Source: an uncultured bacterium
GTDB taxonomy: Bacteria > Acidobacteriota > Thermoanaerobaculia > Multivoradales > JAHZIX01
Reading direction: 5' to 3'
Assembly (NCBI GenBank): GCA_965368975.1
Contig: CBDUPA010000015.1
Span: forward strand, 64,001 to 128,000
DNA: 64,000 nucleotides
Shown: piece after piece, positions 30,914-42,441 of the stretch
Position numbering within the stretch: the stretch's first letter is position 1
Layout of the letters: each line of letters starts with the position of its first letter
The notes under the pieces: generated by a model
What the model was told of the DNA's origin: nothing
Database searches by the model: none
What the model saw: the letters and a program-made list of their open reading frames with translations, nothing else
Translations under genes and position numbers: made by a program

Positions 30914-31837
30914 ATGAGCTCATCGGCAAATACTGCACCCGGAAAAAGCACGAACGTTCGCACTAAAGACGTACTACCCGTCCGCGTTGTGGGCGCCCTG
31001 CTGCGCGGCGTGGCAAGGCTGGCGCCGGAACTCGCCGCGGCCGGCTACGAGCGCCTCTTCCTCCACACCCGCCGGCACCGGACTCCCGAGCGAGAGAAAC
31101 CATGGATGGACGGCGCTCGAGACTTCTCGGTCGCTTGCGGCACGCATCGGCTACAGGCCTGGAGCTGGGGAGACGCCCCGCGTCCAGCGGTACTGCTGGT
31201 ACACGGCTGGGAAGGCCGCGGTTCGCAGATGGGCGCTTTCGTACGCCCACTGCTCGATGCCGGTCTGCGGGTGGTGACCTTCGACCACCCGGGCCACGGC
31301 GCCTCCACCGGCCGCAGTTCGTCGATCGTCGAGATGGCCAACGCGGTACTGCACATCGGCCGCGAGGTCGGTCCTCTGGCCGGTATCGTCGCTCATTCCG
31401 CCGGTGGTGCCGCCACCTCGGTCGCGCTGCGCCACCTGCCCAAGATCGAACGCCTGGTCTATGTCGCCGTACCGGCTGACGCCGGTCGCTTCCTGTTCGA
31501 CGTCGGCAAGATGTTGGGCCTACCGGAGGCCGTCGTCCTGCGCACGCGCAAGCGGATCGAGCGGCGCTTCAATGTCGAGTGGCCAACGCTGTCCAGCGTC
31601 GGGTTGGCGCCGCGGATGGACACTCCCCTTTTGCTGATCCACGACCGTGGCGACAAGGAAGTCCCCTGGGAAGCTGGCCGTGAACTCGCCGACGCCTGGC
31701 CAAACTCGCGCCTGGTCAGCACCGAGGACCTCGGCCACCGGCGGATCCTCTACACTCCCGACGTGGTCGACGAGGCGGTCCGCTTTCTCACTGGCGACGC
31801 CACCGTCTCCACGCCGGTGCGCGCCGAAGTGGCCTGA
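30914..31837 (+). CDS. Alpha/beta-fold hydrolase
   Basis: VHGWEG, AHSAG nucleophile elbow, HDRGD, LGHRRIL. Confidence 0.88.
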   Translation: MSSSANTAPGKSTNVRTKDVLPVRVVGALLRGVARLAPELAAAGYERLFLHTRRHRTPEREKPWMDGARDFSVACGTHRLQAWSWGDAPRPAVLLVHGWEGRGSQMGAFVRPLLDAGLRVVTFDHPGHGASTGRSSSIVEMANAVLHIGREVGPLAGIVAHSAGGAATSVALRHLPKIERLVYVAVPADAGRFLFDVGKMLGLPEAVVLRTRKRIERRFNVEWPTLSSVGLAPRMDTPLLLIHDRGDKEVPWEAGRELADAWPNSRLVSTEDLGHRRILYTPDVVDEAVRFLTGDATVSTPVRAEVA

Positions 31838-31899
31838 TAGACCGGACGAACTCCGCCTCGTCTGCAAGGGGCATCTGTGGCGCTCCTTGGCAGGCCGCG

Positions 31900-32559
31900 C
31901 TAGAGGCTCGACAGCTTCTCCAAGTACTCACCCGCGGCACGGTAGAACCCATCGTGCCAGACGTGCCCGCCATCGAAGACACAGGTCTCGACCTGGATCC
32001 GCTTGGCTTCGAGCAGCCGCACGTCTTGCTCCATCTTCTTGTCGTCGTACCACTCGTCCTGCGTACCGCGCCCGATGAGCGCCGACGGCACGTGCGACAG
32101 GTCGACCTGCCCCAGTTCGGGCGGCACGTCGCCAGCCAGTTGCAGCACGCCCTGGCAGCGATGCCCGGCCAGCGCCGCGGCGCGCCAGGCCATGGCGACA
32201 CCTTGCGAGAAGCCGGCGTAGACCAGGACGTCACTGACCGGCAGGTCGCGCCGTACTTCGGCGACCACGTCGGCGACATAGCGAATGTTGTCCTGGATCA
32301 CCAACTCGCGATCCTGCCGCGTCATCCAGCTGGCCAAGATCTCCTGGCTGCGCGGATGGTAGAAGCGCGATGGTCCCTGCACGGCGCAGCGGACCCAGCC
32401 GCCGGTGTTCGGAATCTCGGACAGCGCGTCGAGATGCTTCTCCGCGTTCTCGGCGTATCCGTGACAACCCACCAGCAGCGGGAAGGGACCTTCCCCCTCC
32501 GGTACAGCCAGCAAGTAGCGGCCATGAGTCAGCGTCGCAATGGTCTTGACGAGTGGCAT
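31900..32559 (-). CDS. Phospholipase/carboxylesterase-family esterase
   Basis: HGY, GFSQG, GTQDEW, FDGGH. Confidence 0.85.
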   Translation of the reverse strand: MPLVKTIATLTHGRYLLAVPEGEGPFPLLVGCHGYAENAEKHLDALSEIPNTGGWVRCAVQGPSRFYHPRSQEILASWMTRQDRELVIQDNIRYVADVVAEVRRDLPVSDVLVYAGFSQGVAMAWRAAALAGHRCQGVLQLAGDVPPELGQVDLSHVPSALIGRGTQDEWYDDKKMEQDVRLLEAKRIQVETCVFDGGHVWHDGFYRAAGEYLEKLSSL

Positions 32560-32560
32560 C

Positions 32561-33394
32561 TTATCCCCACAATCTCCGCTTCTTGGCTTTGCCCGCGCGC
32601 AGTGGGGCGGTCAGATCGGCGACGCGGGCTTGGAGCGCGGCGGGCAAGTCCGGGGAGCTACCTTTCTCTTCGATCAACTGCACCAGGGCGCTACCCACGA
32701 CGACACCGTCCGCGATGGCGCCCACAGAGGCGACTTGTTCGGGGGTCGAGATACCGAAGCCGACGGCGACCGGTAGCTTGCCGGCAACGCGACGAACGCG
32801 CTTGACTTCGGAAGCCAGCTCCTTGGGCAAGGCGTCGCGTTCACCGGTGACGCCGGTGCGCGAGACGTAGTAGACGAAACCGCTGCTGGCGTCGACAGCG
32901 CGGCGCATGCGCTCCTTGGTGGAGGTCGGCGCGAGCAGGAAGATGGTGTCGACGCCGTATTCGTTGAACACCGGCACGAACTCGTGCGCGGCTTCTTCGG
33001 GTGGCAGGTCGAGGCACAGCACCCCGTCGACGCCGGAGGCCGCGGCTTGTTCGGCAAAGGCCGAGATGCCGCGGGCGTGGATCGGGTTGAAGTAGGTGAA
33101 GAGGACGATCGGTACGTCGATCTTGTCCCGGTAGCGGGCGATCGTCTCGAGAATGCCACCGACGCGCGTGCCCGCGGCCAGCGCGCGCATGGCGGCCCGC
33201 TCATTGGTGGGGCCGTCAGCGATCGGGTCGCTGAAGGGAATCCCGAGCTCGATCAGGTCGGCCCCGCCTGCCGCCAGGGCTTCGAGCAGCGGACCGGTGG
33301 TCTCCGGGTTGGGATCACCAGCAGTGATGTAGGCGATGAAGGCGGCGCGGTTCTGCTCGCGGCAGCGGTCGAAGACGCCTTGGATGGAGCTCAT
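32561..33394 (-). CDS. trpA: Tryptophan synthase alpha chain
   Basis: [38 protein letters not shown]. Confidence 0.97.
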   Translation of the reverse strand: MSSIQGVFDRCREQNRAAFIAYITAGDPNPETTGPLLEALAAGGADLIELGIPFSDPIADGPTNERAAMRALAAGTRVGGILETIARYRDKIDVPIVLFTYFNPIHARGISAFAEQAAASGVDGVLCLDLPPEEAAHEFVPVFNEYGVDTIFLLAPTSTKERMRRAVDASSGFVYYVSRTGVTGERDALPKELASEVKRVRRVAGKLPVAVGFGISTPEQVASVGAIADGVVVGSALVQLIEEKGSSPDLPAALQARVADLTAPLRAGKAKKRRLWG

Positions 33395-34665
33395 GTACGC
33401 TCTCCTTGGCCGTGGTAGGTGGGACGGGGAAAGTACTCGACGTTGTCCAAGGCTTGCTGCGAGGCATGACGCTCGTCGTAGTCGAGCACGCTCTCGACAT
33501 CTTTGTCGCCGCGCCCCGAGAGGTTCATCAGGATGACGTGATCGCGGCTCAGATGGGGCGCGCGGCGGGCGACCTCGGCAAGAGCGTGCGCGCTCTCGAG
33601 CGCCGGCAGGATACCCTCGGTTTCGCACAGCAAGTGGAAGGCGGCGATCGCCTCCCCATCGGCGGCGCTCGCGTATTCGATCCGGCCCCGCTCCTGGTAG
33701 TAAGCGTGTTCGGGACCAACGGCGGGATAGTCCAGGCCAGCAGATACGGAGTGGGTCGTCGACACCTGGCCGTCCGCGTCCTGCAGCACCAGGGTGCGCG
33801 TACCATGCAGCACGCCCAACTTGGCTCCGGCGAAGCGTGCAGCGTGCTCGCCCGGCGCCGAGCCGTAGCCTCCGGCCTCGACACCGATCAGGCGCACCTT
33901 CGGCTCCTGCAGAAAGGCTCCAAACAATCCCATGGCATTGCTCCCCCCGCCGACGCAGGCGATCGCCAGGTCCGGGGAGTTACGCCGGGCCTGCTTCTTG
34001 AGTTGCCTCTTGGCCTCTTCGCCGATCACCAGGTGGAAGTCGCGCACCATGCGTGGGTATGGGTCAGGGCCGAGTACCGAGCCGAGCACATAGTGGGTGT
34101 TGCGCACGTGGGTGACCCAGTCGCGCAGGGCTTCGTTGATCGCGTCCTTGAGCGTACGGCTGCCGGAATCGACCTGCGCCACCTCGGCCCCGAGCAGGCG
34201 CATGCGGTAGACGTTGAGGCGCTGGCGGCGCATGTCCTCGGCCCCCATGTAGACACGGCAGTCGAGTCCCAGCAGCGCCGCAGCGGTGGCGGTCGCAACC
34301 CCGTGCTGCCCGGCGCCGGTCTCGGCGATCACACGCTCCTTGCCCATCGCTTGCGCTAGCAGGCACTGGCCCAGAGCGTTGTTGATCTTGTGCGCCCCAG
34401 TGTGCGTCAGGTCTTCGCGCTTCAGATAGATGCGCGCGCCCCCTAGCTGCTCGGTGAGACGCTCGGCGAAGTAGAGCGGCGTTGGACGCCCGACGTAGTC
34501 AGCTTGCAGCTGGCTCAGTTTGCGCCGGAAGCCGCGCGTGCGGCGGATCTTGTCGTAGGCCTGGGCCAGCTCGGCCAGCGGCGCCATCAGGGTCTCTGGG
34601 ACGTAGCGGCCGCCGTACGAACCGAAGTAGCCGTCGCGGTCAGGAAGCGGCAGAGTCTTGGGCAT
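33391..34665 (-). CDS. trpB: Tryptophan synthase beta chain
   Basis: [46 protein letters not shown]. Confidence 0.98.
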   Translation of the reverse strand: MPKTLPLPDRDGYFGSYGGRYVPETLMAPLAELAQAYDKIRRTRGFRRKLSQLQADYVGRPTPLYFAERLTEQLGGARIYLKREDLTHTGAHKINNALGQCLLAQAMGKERVIAETGAGQHGVATATAAALLGLDCRVYMGAEDMRRQRLNVYRMRLLGAEVAQVDSGSRTLKDAINEALRDWVTHVRNTHYVLGSVLGPDPYPRMVRDFHLVIGEEAKRQLKKQARRNSPDLAIACVGGGSNAMGLFGAFLQEPKVRLIGVEAGGYGSAPGEHAARFAGAKLGVLHGTRTLVLQDADGQVSTTHSVSAGLDYPAVGPEHAYYQERGRIEYASAADGEAIAAFHLLCETEGILPALESAHALAEVARRAPHLSRDHVILMNLSGRGDKDVESVLDYDERHASQQALDNVEYFPRPTYHGQGERT

Positions 34666-35302
34666 GGGAGAGCTCCTCGAAAAGTCGTCGAAGTCGGACC
34701 GGATCCTTGATGCCGGGCTTGATCTCGACGCCGGAACAGACGTCGATGCCGTGGGCACCGCTGGCGGTCAGGGCAGACACCGCGTTGTCAGGCCCGATAC
34801 CGCCGGCCACCAGGTAAGGGCGGCCGAGACGGAGGGCGGCAAGGGAGCTGTAGTCCCACGAGACGCCGGTGCCGCCAAAGCCGCTGTCATGTCGTACGTC
34901 GAAAAGGTAACCGGAGATTCCCGCCAGCTTCGATGAAGAGGCACTCAGAGCCGCCAGCTCGGCAGCTTCCCCGGTGGTGCGCACCGCCTTGATGGCACGC
35001 GCGCCCCAGGCAGCTACCTCGTCGTCACTCTCATCGCCGTGAAATTGCAGCAGGTCGAGACCAAGAGCACCATCGATCGCCTTGACCAGCGTCGGTGTGG
35101 CGTTGACGAAGACCCCGACCAACGCCACACGACCGCGCACCCGGTCGACGATGCGCCGAGCCGCCGCTGGCTCCAGTGATCGCGGGCTCTTGGCGTAGAA
35201 ATTGAGACCGAGGTAGTTGGCCCCCAGGTCGACGGCCAGCTCGGCATCTTCCGGACGGGTAACCCCACAGATCTTGACCAGCGGCCGGCCCAACGGTTTC
35301 AT
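34640..35302 (-). CDS. trpF: Phosphoribosylanthranilate isomerase
   Basis: [32 protein letters not shown]. Confidence 0.95.
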   Translation of the reverse strand: MKPLGRPLVKICGVTRPEDAELAVDLGANYLGLNFYAKSPRSLEPAAARRIVDRVRGRVALVGVFVNATPTLVKAIDGALGLDLLQFHGDESDDEVAAWGARAIKAVRTTGEAAELAALSASSSKLAGISGYLFDVRHDSGFGGTGVSWDYSSLAALRLGRPYLVAGGIGPDNAVSALTASGAHGIDVCSGVEIKPGIKDPVRLRRLFEELSHAQDSAAS

Positions 35303-36172
35303 TCAGCCTACCAGTTCTCGCAGCTTGGCCGCGGGATCGTCGGCGAGCAGCAGGGCCTCACCAACCAGGAAAGCCTCGAAGCCGGCGCTCTGCAACTGCT
35401 CGACCTGCGGTCCGCCGCTGATACCACTCTCAGCAACCTTGAGCGCGCCGGCAGGCAGGGCCCGTGCCAGGTCCATCGAGTGCTCGAGGTCGACGTGGAA
35501 GGTGCGAAGGTCGCGGTTGTTGACACCGACCAGCTCCCAGGCATCGGCTCGCGCTCCGCCGGGAGCTTGGGTCCGTCCGCCATGGGTCAGTGCGCCAGCA
35601 GCGGCCAAGTGCTCGACGTCCTCCTCGCTGTGCGTCTCGATCAGCGGCACCAGCCCGAGACCGCGTGCCGTATCGGCCAGGCGCGCCAACTCGTCCGCCT
35701 CGTAGAGCGCCGCGATCAACAGTACCGCGTCGGCACCTGCCATGCGCGCCCAGTGCAGCTGCACGCTGTCGACTACAAAGTCCTTGGCGATCGCCGGCAA
35801 GCCACCCGCGGCCTCGCGACACTCGCCGATCAGGTCGTAGCTGCCGTGGAAGTAGTCGGGTTCGACCACCACCGACAGCGCGGCAGCACCGTTGTCCGCA
35901 TAGATCTTGGCCTGCTCGGCCGGGTCGATCAGATCGACCAGTGAACCGATACGCGGCGAGCCGAGCTTGATCTCGGCAATGATGGCGCGCCCGCGGTGGG
36001 CGTCGAGCGCATGCAGAAAGGCGTTGTTGACCGGCGTTCGCAAACCACCGTCGTCGTCCCCCATCGACGGTACCGCCAGCAGCGTTTCAGCAGACTCCAC
36101 CACGCGCCGACGCCGCGCCTCGACGATCTCCTGCAACACTCCGGCCAGCCGTGCTTCCCGCTCCCGACTCAT
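35303..36172 (-). CDS. trpC: Indole-3-glycerol phosphate synthase
   Basis: IIAEIK.GSP, KDFV, GADAVLLI, GVNNRDL, AESGI, LVGEAL. Confidence 0.95.
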   Translation of the reverse strand: MSREREARLAGVLQEIVEARRRRVVESAETLLAVPSMGDDDGGLRTPVNNAFLHALDAHRGRAIIAEIKLGSPRIGSLVDLIDPAEQAKIYADNGAAALSVVVEPDYFHGSYDLIGECREAAGGLPAIAKDFVVDSVQLHWARMAGADAVLLIAALYEADELARLADTARGLGLVPLIETHSEEDVEHLAAAGALTHGGRTQAPGGARADAWELVGVNNRDLRTFHVDLEHSMDLARALPAGALKVAESGISGGPQVEQLQSAGFEAFLVGEALLLADDPAAKLRELVG

Positions 36173-37239
36173 CCTGCACCTCCACGCCCGGCGCTATTCC
36201 CGGCACTGCCGTCGTGCTTGTGCAGGCACAGGCGCGCCAGCACTCGTGCCGCCTCGCCGGACGCCAGTAGTTGCCGCGCCGCATCGACACCCGCGCGCAG
36301 GCTCCGCGCCTTGCCACCAACGTACAGTGCGGCGCCGGCGTTGACTGCGGTGATCGTCGTCAAAGGTCCGCTTTCCTCGCCACTTGCTTCTTCGCCGCTC
36401 AGCACGCGCCGCATCAGCTCCGCATTGTGCTCTGGATCGCCTCCAGCCAGGTCGGACAAGGTAGCCTGTTCAACGCCGAGGTCTTCCGGTGCGACCTCGT
36501 AGACTCTGACATCCCCATCCGACACTTCCGCCACCGACGTCGGACCGGTGATGGTGATCTCGTCGAGGCCGTCGCTACCGTGCACCACCAGCGCATGCTC
36601 GGCACCCAACTCGGCCAGCACGTGCGCAATCCGCTCCACCAGGTCGGCAGCGTAGACACCCACCACCTGACGGCGAGCGGCCGCCGGATTGGTCAGCGGG
36701 CCCAGTACGTTGAACACGGTCCGCATGCCCAGCTCGCGGCGTACCGGCATCACTTCGCGCATCGCCGGATGCAGCTTGGGGGCGAAGAGGAAGGCGATGC
36801 CGACCTCGGCCAGGGCGCGGCCAGCCTCAGCTGGCGTCAATTCGATGTCGACACCGAGCGCGGCCAGCACGTCGGCACTGCCGCTGCGGCTCGATACGGC
36901 CCGGTTGCCGTGCTTGGCCACCGGCACACCGCCCGCGGCGGCAACGAAAGCCGCGGCGGTCGAGATGTTGAAGGTACCCAGCCCGTCACCCCCCGTACCG
37001 CAGGTGTCGACCACGGCGTCGAGCTGGTGCGGGATCGGCACGACCCGTCGACGCATGGCCGCGGCAGCGCCAGCGATCTCCGACGGCTGCTCGCCCTTCA
37101 TGCGCAGCGCCACTAGCAAGGCCGACTTGAGCACATCGCTCAGCTCACCGTCCATCAGCGAGCCGAAGAGAGCTTCGGTCTCGCGCCGGCTCAAGTGCTC
37201 GCCGGCGGTCAGTCGGTGCAGTGCGTCCTTGGCATCCAT
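36169..37239 (-). CDS. trpD: Anthranilate phosphoribosyltransferase
   Basis: DTCGTGGDG, FNIST, KHGNRAVSSRSGSAD, RTVFNVLGPLTNP. Confidence 0.97.
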   Translation of the reverse strand: MDAKDALHRLTAGEHLSRRETEALFGSLMDGELSDVLKSALLVALRMKGEQPSEIAGAAAAMRRRVVPIPHQLDAVVDTCGTGGDGLGTFNISTAAAFVAAAGGVPVAKHGNRAVSSRSGSADVLAALGVDIELTPAEAGRALAEVGIAFLFAPKLHPAMREVMPVRRELGMRTVFNVLGPLTNPAAARRQVVGVYAADLVERIAHVLAELGAEHALVVHGSDGLDEITITGPTSVAEVSDGDVRVYEVAPEDLGVEQATLSDLAGGDPEHNAELMRRVLSGEEASGEESGPLTTITAVNAGAALYVGGKARSLRAGVDAARQLLASGEAARVLARLCLHKHDGSAGNSAGRGGAG

Positions 37240-37332
37240 GTCGTCGCTATCCTTGAAGCCGAACCTTATCACTCGGTCCGATCCGCCACTCCAATCCGTC
37301 CGTCGGCCCGATCAGCCCGTACCACCACTCGA

Positions 37333-37926
37333 TCAGCTCACACCACCACAGAGGCCGAGAAAGCGCTCGATCAGCGGAATGCCGACCCGCGTCAGGATCG
37401 ACTCCGGATGGAACTGCACGCCCCAATACGGCAACTCGCGGTGACGCATGGCCATCAGCACGCCATCGTCCTCACTCCAGGCGATCGCCTCCAGCTCGTC
37501 CGGAAGCGACGCCTCGTCGACCGTCAGGCTGTGGTAGCGCGTCGCCTCGAAGGGATTGGGCAGCTCACGGAGCAGTGCCGCATCCGTGTGCTTCACCGGC
37601 GACGTCTTGCCATGCATCAGGCGCGGTGCGGCGACCACGTCGGCACCGAAGGCATACCCCAGCGCCTGATGCCCCAGGCACACCCCGAGCAAGGTCACCG
37701 GGGCTCGCCGCCGCAACAACTCGACGCACACGCCGGCGTTCTCCGGCCGTCCCGGTCCCGGCGAGATGACAATCCCGTCCGGCTTGCGCGCCAACAGCTG
37801 GTCGACCGTCGCGGCATCGTTGCGCACCACGTCGACGTCGGCACCGGCGCCCTCCAGGTACTGCACCAGGTTGAAGGTGAAGGAATCGTAGTTGTCGAGC
37901 ATCAGAATGCTGGCTGCGCGGCTCAC
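37333..37926 (-). CDS. trpG: Anthranilate synthase component II (glutamine amidotransferase)
   Basis: DNYDSFTFN, SPGPG, GVCLGHQ, QFHPES. Confidence 0.95.
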   Translation of the reverse strand: MSRAASILMLDNYDSFTFNLVQYLEGAGADVDVVRNDAATVDQLLARKPDGIVISPGPGRPENAGVCVELLRRRAPVTLLGVCLGHQALGYAFGADVVAAPRLMHGKTSPVKHTDAALLRELPNPFEATRYHSLTVDEASLPDELEAIAWSEDDGVLMAMRHRELPYWGVQFHPESILTRVGIPLIERFLGLCGGVS

Positions 37927-39449
37927 GGTGCCTCCTCCGCGTGCTCGCGCTGCAGACGGGCCGCCAGCTGCTCCGCCAGCGCCACCGCCGCCATCATGCC
38001 CGCCGCTTTGTTCTCCGTCTCCTCCGCTTCCTTGAGCGGATCCGAGTCGGCGACGATGCCGGCACCGGCGGTCACCGAGGTCTCGTCGCCCCGCACCACC
38101 AGCGTGCGGATGGTGATGCAGGTGTCGACGTCACCAGCGTAGGAGAAGTATCCAATGGCGCCGCCATACGGACCCCGCGCCTCCGGCTCCAGCTCGTCGA
38201 TGATCTCCATCGCCCGAATCTTGGGCGCACCCGACAGCGTGCCAGCCGGGAAGCACGAAAGCATCGCGTCCAGTCCGTCCTTGCCCGCCGCCAGCTCCGC
38301 CTCGACGCTGGAGACAATGTGCATGACGTGGCTGTAGCGTTCGATCTCCATGAACGTCGGCACGCGCACCGACCTCGGCTGCGCCACGCGTCCCAGGTCA
38401 TTGCGTCCCAGGTCGACCAGCATCACGTGCTCAGCGCGCTCCTTGGGATCGGCGAGCAGGTCTTCGGCCAGCCGGCGGTCGCCATCGGCATCCGCACCCC
38501 GCGGCCGCGTGCCGGCGATCGGTCGCGTTTCCAGCACGTGCCCGTGCTTGCGCACCAGCATCTCCGGTGAAGCCCCCGCCAGCGACACATCCGGCGTCTC
38601 GAGCAGCACCATGTACGGGCTCGGATTGACGATGCGCAACGCCCGGTACAGCGCCACCGGATCGAGCCGCCGCGGCAGCCGCCAGCGACGCGCCAGCACC
38701 ACCTGGAAGATGTCGCCGTCCGTGATGTAGCGCTTGGCGCGACGTACGTTCTGCTGGAAGGTCTCGGAATCCAGCGTCGGCTCGAAGTCCACCGGCCGCG
38801 ACGGCCGCTCGGCCGGCATCACCACCGAGCCCGCCCCTCCGGAACGGGTCAGCACGTCCGTCAACTCCGCCAGCCGCCGTTCGGCCTCGTCCACCGTCAC
38901 CTCACCCTCGATCTCGTTCGAGATCGCCAGCACACGCTGATACGCGTGGTCGAAGACAACGACGGTATCGATGCGCGCCAGCAGTGCGATCGGCAGCTCG
39001 AACGCGTCCGGTGGCCGGTTGGGCAGCCGCTCGACCATGCGGATCAGGTCGAAGCCGAAGTAACCGACAAAGCCGCCAGTGAAGGGCACCAGCGAGCGCT
39101 CCGACTTCACTGACGCCAGCACTTCGTGCAGTGCCTGCAGCGGCTCCCCCGGCAGCACACGTCTTTCGCCACTGCCACTCCTGCCTGGGCTGCAAATCTC
39201 GACCTCGAGCCGGTCGGCATACAGCCGGTAGATCTCGCGCGGCGCTGCACCCAAGAAGCTGTAGCGCGACACCTGTTCGCCGCCGCTGATGCTCTCAAAC
39301 AAGAAACGCGTCGGTGACGTCTTCGCCAGCCGTCGATACACCCCGAGCGGTGTCTGCGTATCCGCCAGGAATTCGCGCGTGTGCGGAACAGCGCGGCGCG
39401 CTCTTGAAGAGTCAGGCGAAGAGTGGGGCGTGGTCGTCATGATCAGCAT
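37923..39449 (-). CDS. trpE: Anthranilate synthase component I
   Basis: GDIFQVV, NPSPY, SPE, PIAGT, EHVMLVDLGRND, PAGTLSGAPK; first gene of the trp operon. Confidence 0.95.
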   Translation of the reverse strand: MLIMTTTPHSSPDSSRARRAVPHTREFLADTQTPLGVYRRLAKTSPTRFLFESISGGEQVSRYSFLGAAPREIYRLYADRLEVEICSPGRSGSGERRVLPGEPLQALHEVLASVKSERSLVPFTGGFVGYFGFDLIRMVERLPNRPPDAFELPIALLARIDTVVVFDHAYQRVLAISNEIEGEVTVDEAERRLAELTDVLTRSGGAGSVVMPAERPSRPVDFEPTLDSETFQQNVRRAKRYITDGDIFQVVLARRWRLPRRLDPVALYRALRIVNPSPYMVLLETPDVSLAGASPEMLVRKHGHVLETRPIAGTRPRGADADGDRRLAEDLLADPKERAEHVMLVDLGRNDLGRVAQPRSVRVPTFMEIERYSHVMHIVSSVEAELAAGKDGLDAMLSCFPAGTLSGAPKIRAMEIIDELEPEARGPYGGAIGYFSYAGDVDTCITIRTLVVRGDETSVTAGAGIVADSDPLKEAEETENKAAGMMAAVALAEQLAARLQREHAEEAP

Positions 39450-39567
39450 CGAGCGTCAAGTCCGGCACCCGGAGGTCGAGCGCAGAGTCTACACGAGCCG
39501 CCTCCCCCCGTCGTGGACCGTTCTGTCAGCCCTGCGTCAGCCCTGCGGGTCTCCTGCAGTTCCGGCC

Positions 39568-39993
39568 TCAATCCTCCCAGCGTCGCACCCCACGTCGCAG
39601 CTTCTTCACCTGCCCCCGCTGCTTCTTGCCCTCCAAGCGGCGCCGCCGAGCTGCGGCCGACACCTTCCGCTGCTTGCGCTTCTTGGGCACGTGCAGCGCA
39701 CCGCGCAAGAGGTCCGCGAACCGCTCCACCGCGTCCTCCCGATTGGCCGCCTGCGTCCGGTGACGCTGACTGACCACTTGCAACACACCCTCGCGGTTGA
39801 TGCGGTTGCGCAGCCGGGTGTGGACGCGGCGCTTCTGGTCTTCGCTGAGGCTGGCGGAGGCGTCGAGGTCGAACTCCAGCGTCACCTTCGTCTCCACCTT
39901 GTTCACATTCTGGCCGCCAGGGCCGGAACTGCGCGAGGTGGCGAAGCTGAACTCGTGCTCGGGAATCTCGAGGTCGGGACGAACTTGAACCAT
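39568..39993 (-). CDS. arfB: Alternative ribosome rescue peptidyl-tRNA hydrolase ArfB
   Basis: SSGPGGQNVNKV, RTQAANR, basic C-terminal tail. Confidence 0.93.
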   Translation of the reverse strand: MVQVRPDLEIPEHEFSFATSRSSGPGGQNVNKVETKVTLEFDLDASASLSEDQKRRVHTRLRNRINREGVLQVVSQRHRTQAANREDAVERFADLLRGALHVPKKRKQRKVSAAARRRRLEGKKQRGQVKKLRRGVRRWED

Positions 39994-40090
39994 GAGTCCA
40001 TGGTAGCGCTTTCTTTGGATAGAGTCTCTGGACAGAGAACGCACACCCGCCCTCCGAAGGAGTTGCGCGTATCCAGACCCGATGGGCCAA

Positions 40091-42385
40091 CTACTGCGTC
40101 CAGCGCAGCCGCAGGGCGTTGCCGATCACCGACACCGAACTCAGACTCATCGCCGCCGCTGCCAGCATCGGGCTGAGCAGCAGGCCGAAGAAGGGGTAGA
40201 GGACCCCCGCGGCAAGCGGCACGCCGAGGCTGTTGTAGCCGAAGGCGAAGACCAGGTTCTGGCGGATGTTGGTCATCGTCGCTCGGCTCAGTCGGCGTGC
40301 CCGTACGATGCCGCGCAAGTCGCCTTGCACAAGCGTGACCGCGGCGCTTTCCATCGCCACGTCGGTGCCGGTGCCCATCGCAATACCGACGTCCGCGCGC
40401 GCCAACCCCGGCGCGTCGTTGATGCCGTCGCCCGCCATCGCCACCGTACGTCCTTCGCCCTGCAGTCGCTCGACCTCCGCCGCCTTCTCTTCCGGCAACA
40501 CCCCAGCCAGGACCTCGTCCAGCCCCAGTTGCTCGGCCACCGCGCGCGCTGTCGTTTCGCTGTCGCCGGTCAGCATTACCAGGCGCAGCCCTTCTTGCCG
40601 CAGCTGCTGAACGGCCTCGGCGGTCGTCTCCTTGATCGGATCGGCAACACCCAACAAGCCCGCGACACGCCCAGCACCCGAGACGCCATCTCCAGAGCCG
40701 CCAAGTACAACGAACATCACCGTCTGCGCCTCGCCGCGCAGTTCCTCGGCCCGCTCCAGCACGGCTGCGTCGGCCTCGACCTGCAACTCGTCGAGCAAGG
40801 CGCGGTTGCCCAGGGCTACATCTGAGCCCTCTATCCGGCCGCGCACACCCTTGCCGGTCAGCGACTCGAAGCCCGACGCTGACGCCAGCTGCACGTCACG
40901 TTCCTTGGCACCGAGCACGATCGCCTCGGCCAGCGGGTGCTCACTGCTCGTCTCCAGCGACGCCGCCAGGCGCAGGAGCTCGTTCTCGTCCACTCCGTCC
41001 GCTCCGTCGCCACTTTCCAAGACCTCCACCGTCACTAGCGTCGGCTTGCCCTCGGTCAGGGTCCCGGTCTTGTCGACCACCAGCGTGTCCACCTGCCCCA
41101 GCCGTTCGATCGCCTCGGCGTCGCGGAACAGCACCCCCTGCGTCGCCGCCTTGCCGGTCGCCACCATGATCGACATCGGCGTCGCCAGCCCGAGCGCGCA
41201 CGGACAGGCGATGATCAGCACCGCGATGGCATTGACCAGCGCGTGCGTCATGCGTGGGTCCGGCCCGAAAAAGGCCCACAGGAGGAAGGTCAGTGCGGCG
41301 ACGCCGACCACCGCCGGCACGAAGTACCCGGCAACCTTGTCTGCCACCTTCTGGATCGGTGCCCGGCTGCGCTGCGCCTGCGCCACCAGCGTCACGATGC
41401 GCGACAGGAGTGTCTCCGAGCCGACGCGTTCGGCGCGCATCACCAGGGAGCCATTGCCATTCACCGTCGCGCCGATCAGCTCATCGCCCTCTCCCTTGGC
41501 CACCGGCATCGGCTCGCCGGTCACCATCGACTCGTCGACCCGGCTTTCCCCCTCCAGCACCACCCCGTCCACCGGCACCTTCTCGCCCGGTCGCACGCGC
41601 AGCCGGTCACCGGCCTCGATCGCGTCCAGCGCGACGTCCTCTTCCTCGCCAGCGTCCGTGAGCCGCCGCGCCGTATCTGGCGCCAGGCTGAGCAACGATC
41701 GGATCGCCGCACCCGTCTGCCGCCGCGCGCGCAATTCGAGAACCTGGCCGAGTAGGATCAGCGTCACGATCACCGCCGCCGACTCGAAGTACACCGCCAC
41801 GGTGCCGTCACCGTGCTCGCCCTGCAGGTGGAACGACGCAGGGAAGATCCCCGGCACCAGCGCCGCCACGACGCTGTAGCCGTACGCGACGCTCACCCCC
41901 AGCCCGATCAGCGTGAACATATTCAAGTTCCAGCCACGGATCGACTCTACGGCGCGCACGTAGAAGGGCCATGCCGACCACAAGCACACCGGAGTCGAGA
42001 AGGCGAGTTCGAGCCAGATACGGACCCGCGGTGAAAACCAACCTTCGATCGGATTGCCGGGGATCATGCTCCCCATCGCCAGCACGAAGACCGGAAGCGT
42101 CAACGCCGCCGCCGTCCAGAAGCGCCGCGTCATGTCGCGCAGTTCGGAGTCGTCCTCCGCCAACGTCGGCGCCACCGGCTCCAGCGCCATGCCGCACTTG
42201 GGGCACGAGCCGGGGCCCTGCTGCACCACTTCCGGGTGCATCGGGCAGGTGTAGGTAGCGTTGGGGTCGGCCTTGGCTGGCTTCTTGTCAGAAGCCGGAC
42301 CGTCGTGGTCGTGGTGACAGCAGGAGTGAGACTCTTCGGGTGGGCCGTGCTCTTCGGAGGAAGCGTGAGGGTCGTGGCTAGGCAT
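40091..42385 (-). CDS. copA: Copper-translocating P1B-type ATPase
   Basis: His-rich N-terminus, YTCPMHP..CPKCGM, TGE, CPC, DKTGT, SEHP, GDGIND, YN and MSLSS. Confidence 0.93.
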   Translation of the reverse strand: MPSHDPHASSEEHGPPEESHSCCHHDHDGPASDKKPAKADPNATYTCPMHPEVVQQGPGSCPKCGMALEPVAPTLAEDDSELRDMTRRFWTAAALTLPVFVLAMGSMIPGNPIEGWFSPRVRIWLELAFSTPVCLWSAWPFYVRAVESIRGWNLNMFTLIGLGVSVAYGYSVVAALVPGIFPASFHLQGEHGDGTVAVYFESAAVIVTLILLGQVLELRARRQTGAAIRSLLSLAPDTARRLTDAGEEEDVALDAIEAGDRLRVRPGEKVPVDGVVLEGESRVDESMVTGEPMPVAKGEGDELIGATVNGNGSLVMRAERVGSETLLSRIVTLVAQAQRSRAPIQKVADKVAGYFVPAVVGVAALTFLLWAFFGPDPRMTHALVNAIAVLIIACPCALGLATPMSIMVATGKAATQGVLFRDAEAIERLGQVDTLVVDKTGTLTEGKPTLVTVEVLESGDGADGVDENELLRLAASLETSSEHPLAEAIVLGAKERDVQLASASGFESLTGKGVRGRIEGSDVALGNRALLDELQVEADAAVLERAEELRGEAQTVMFVVLGGSGDGVSGAGRVAGLLGVADPIKETTAEAVQQLRQEGLRLVMLTGDSETTARAVAEQLGLDEVLAGVLPEEKAAEVERLQGEGRTVAMAGDGINDAPGLARADVGIAMGTGTDVAMESAAVTLVQGDLRGIVRARRLSRATMTNIRQNLVFAFGYNSLGVPLAAGVLYPFFGLLLSPMLAAAAMSLSSVSVIGNALRLRWTQ

Positions 42386-42441
42386 CGGTCTCTCCTTCGC
42401 ATCTCACACTAGCACCAATACCGGGACTGCTTGAGCCTCCT

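Noticed and set aside
39450-39567. trp attenuator, leader peptide or T-box upstream of trpE
   Set aside because: No short Trp-rich ORF, terminator U-tract or T-box consensus was seen.
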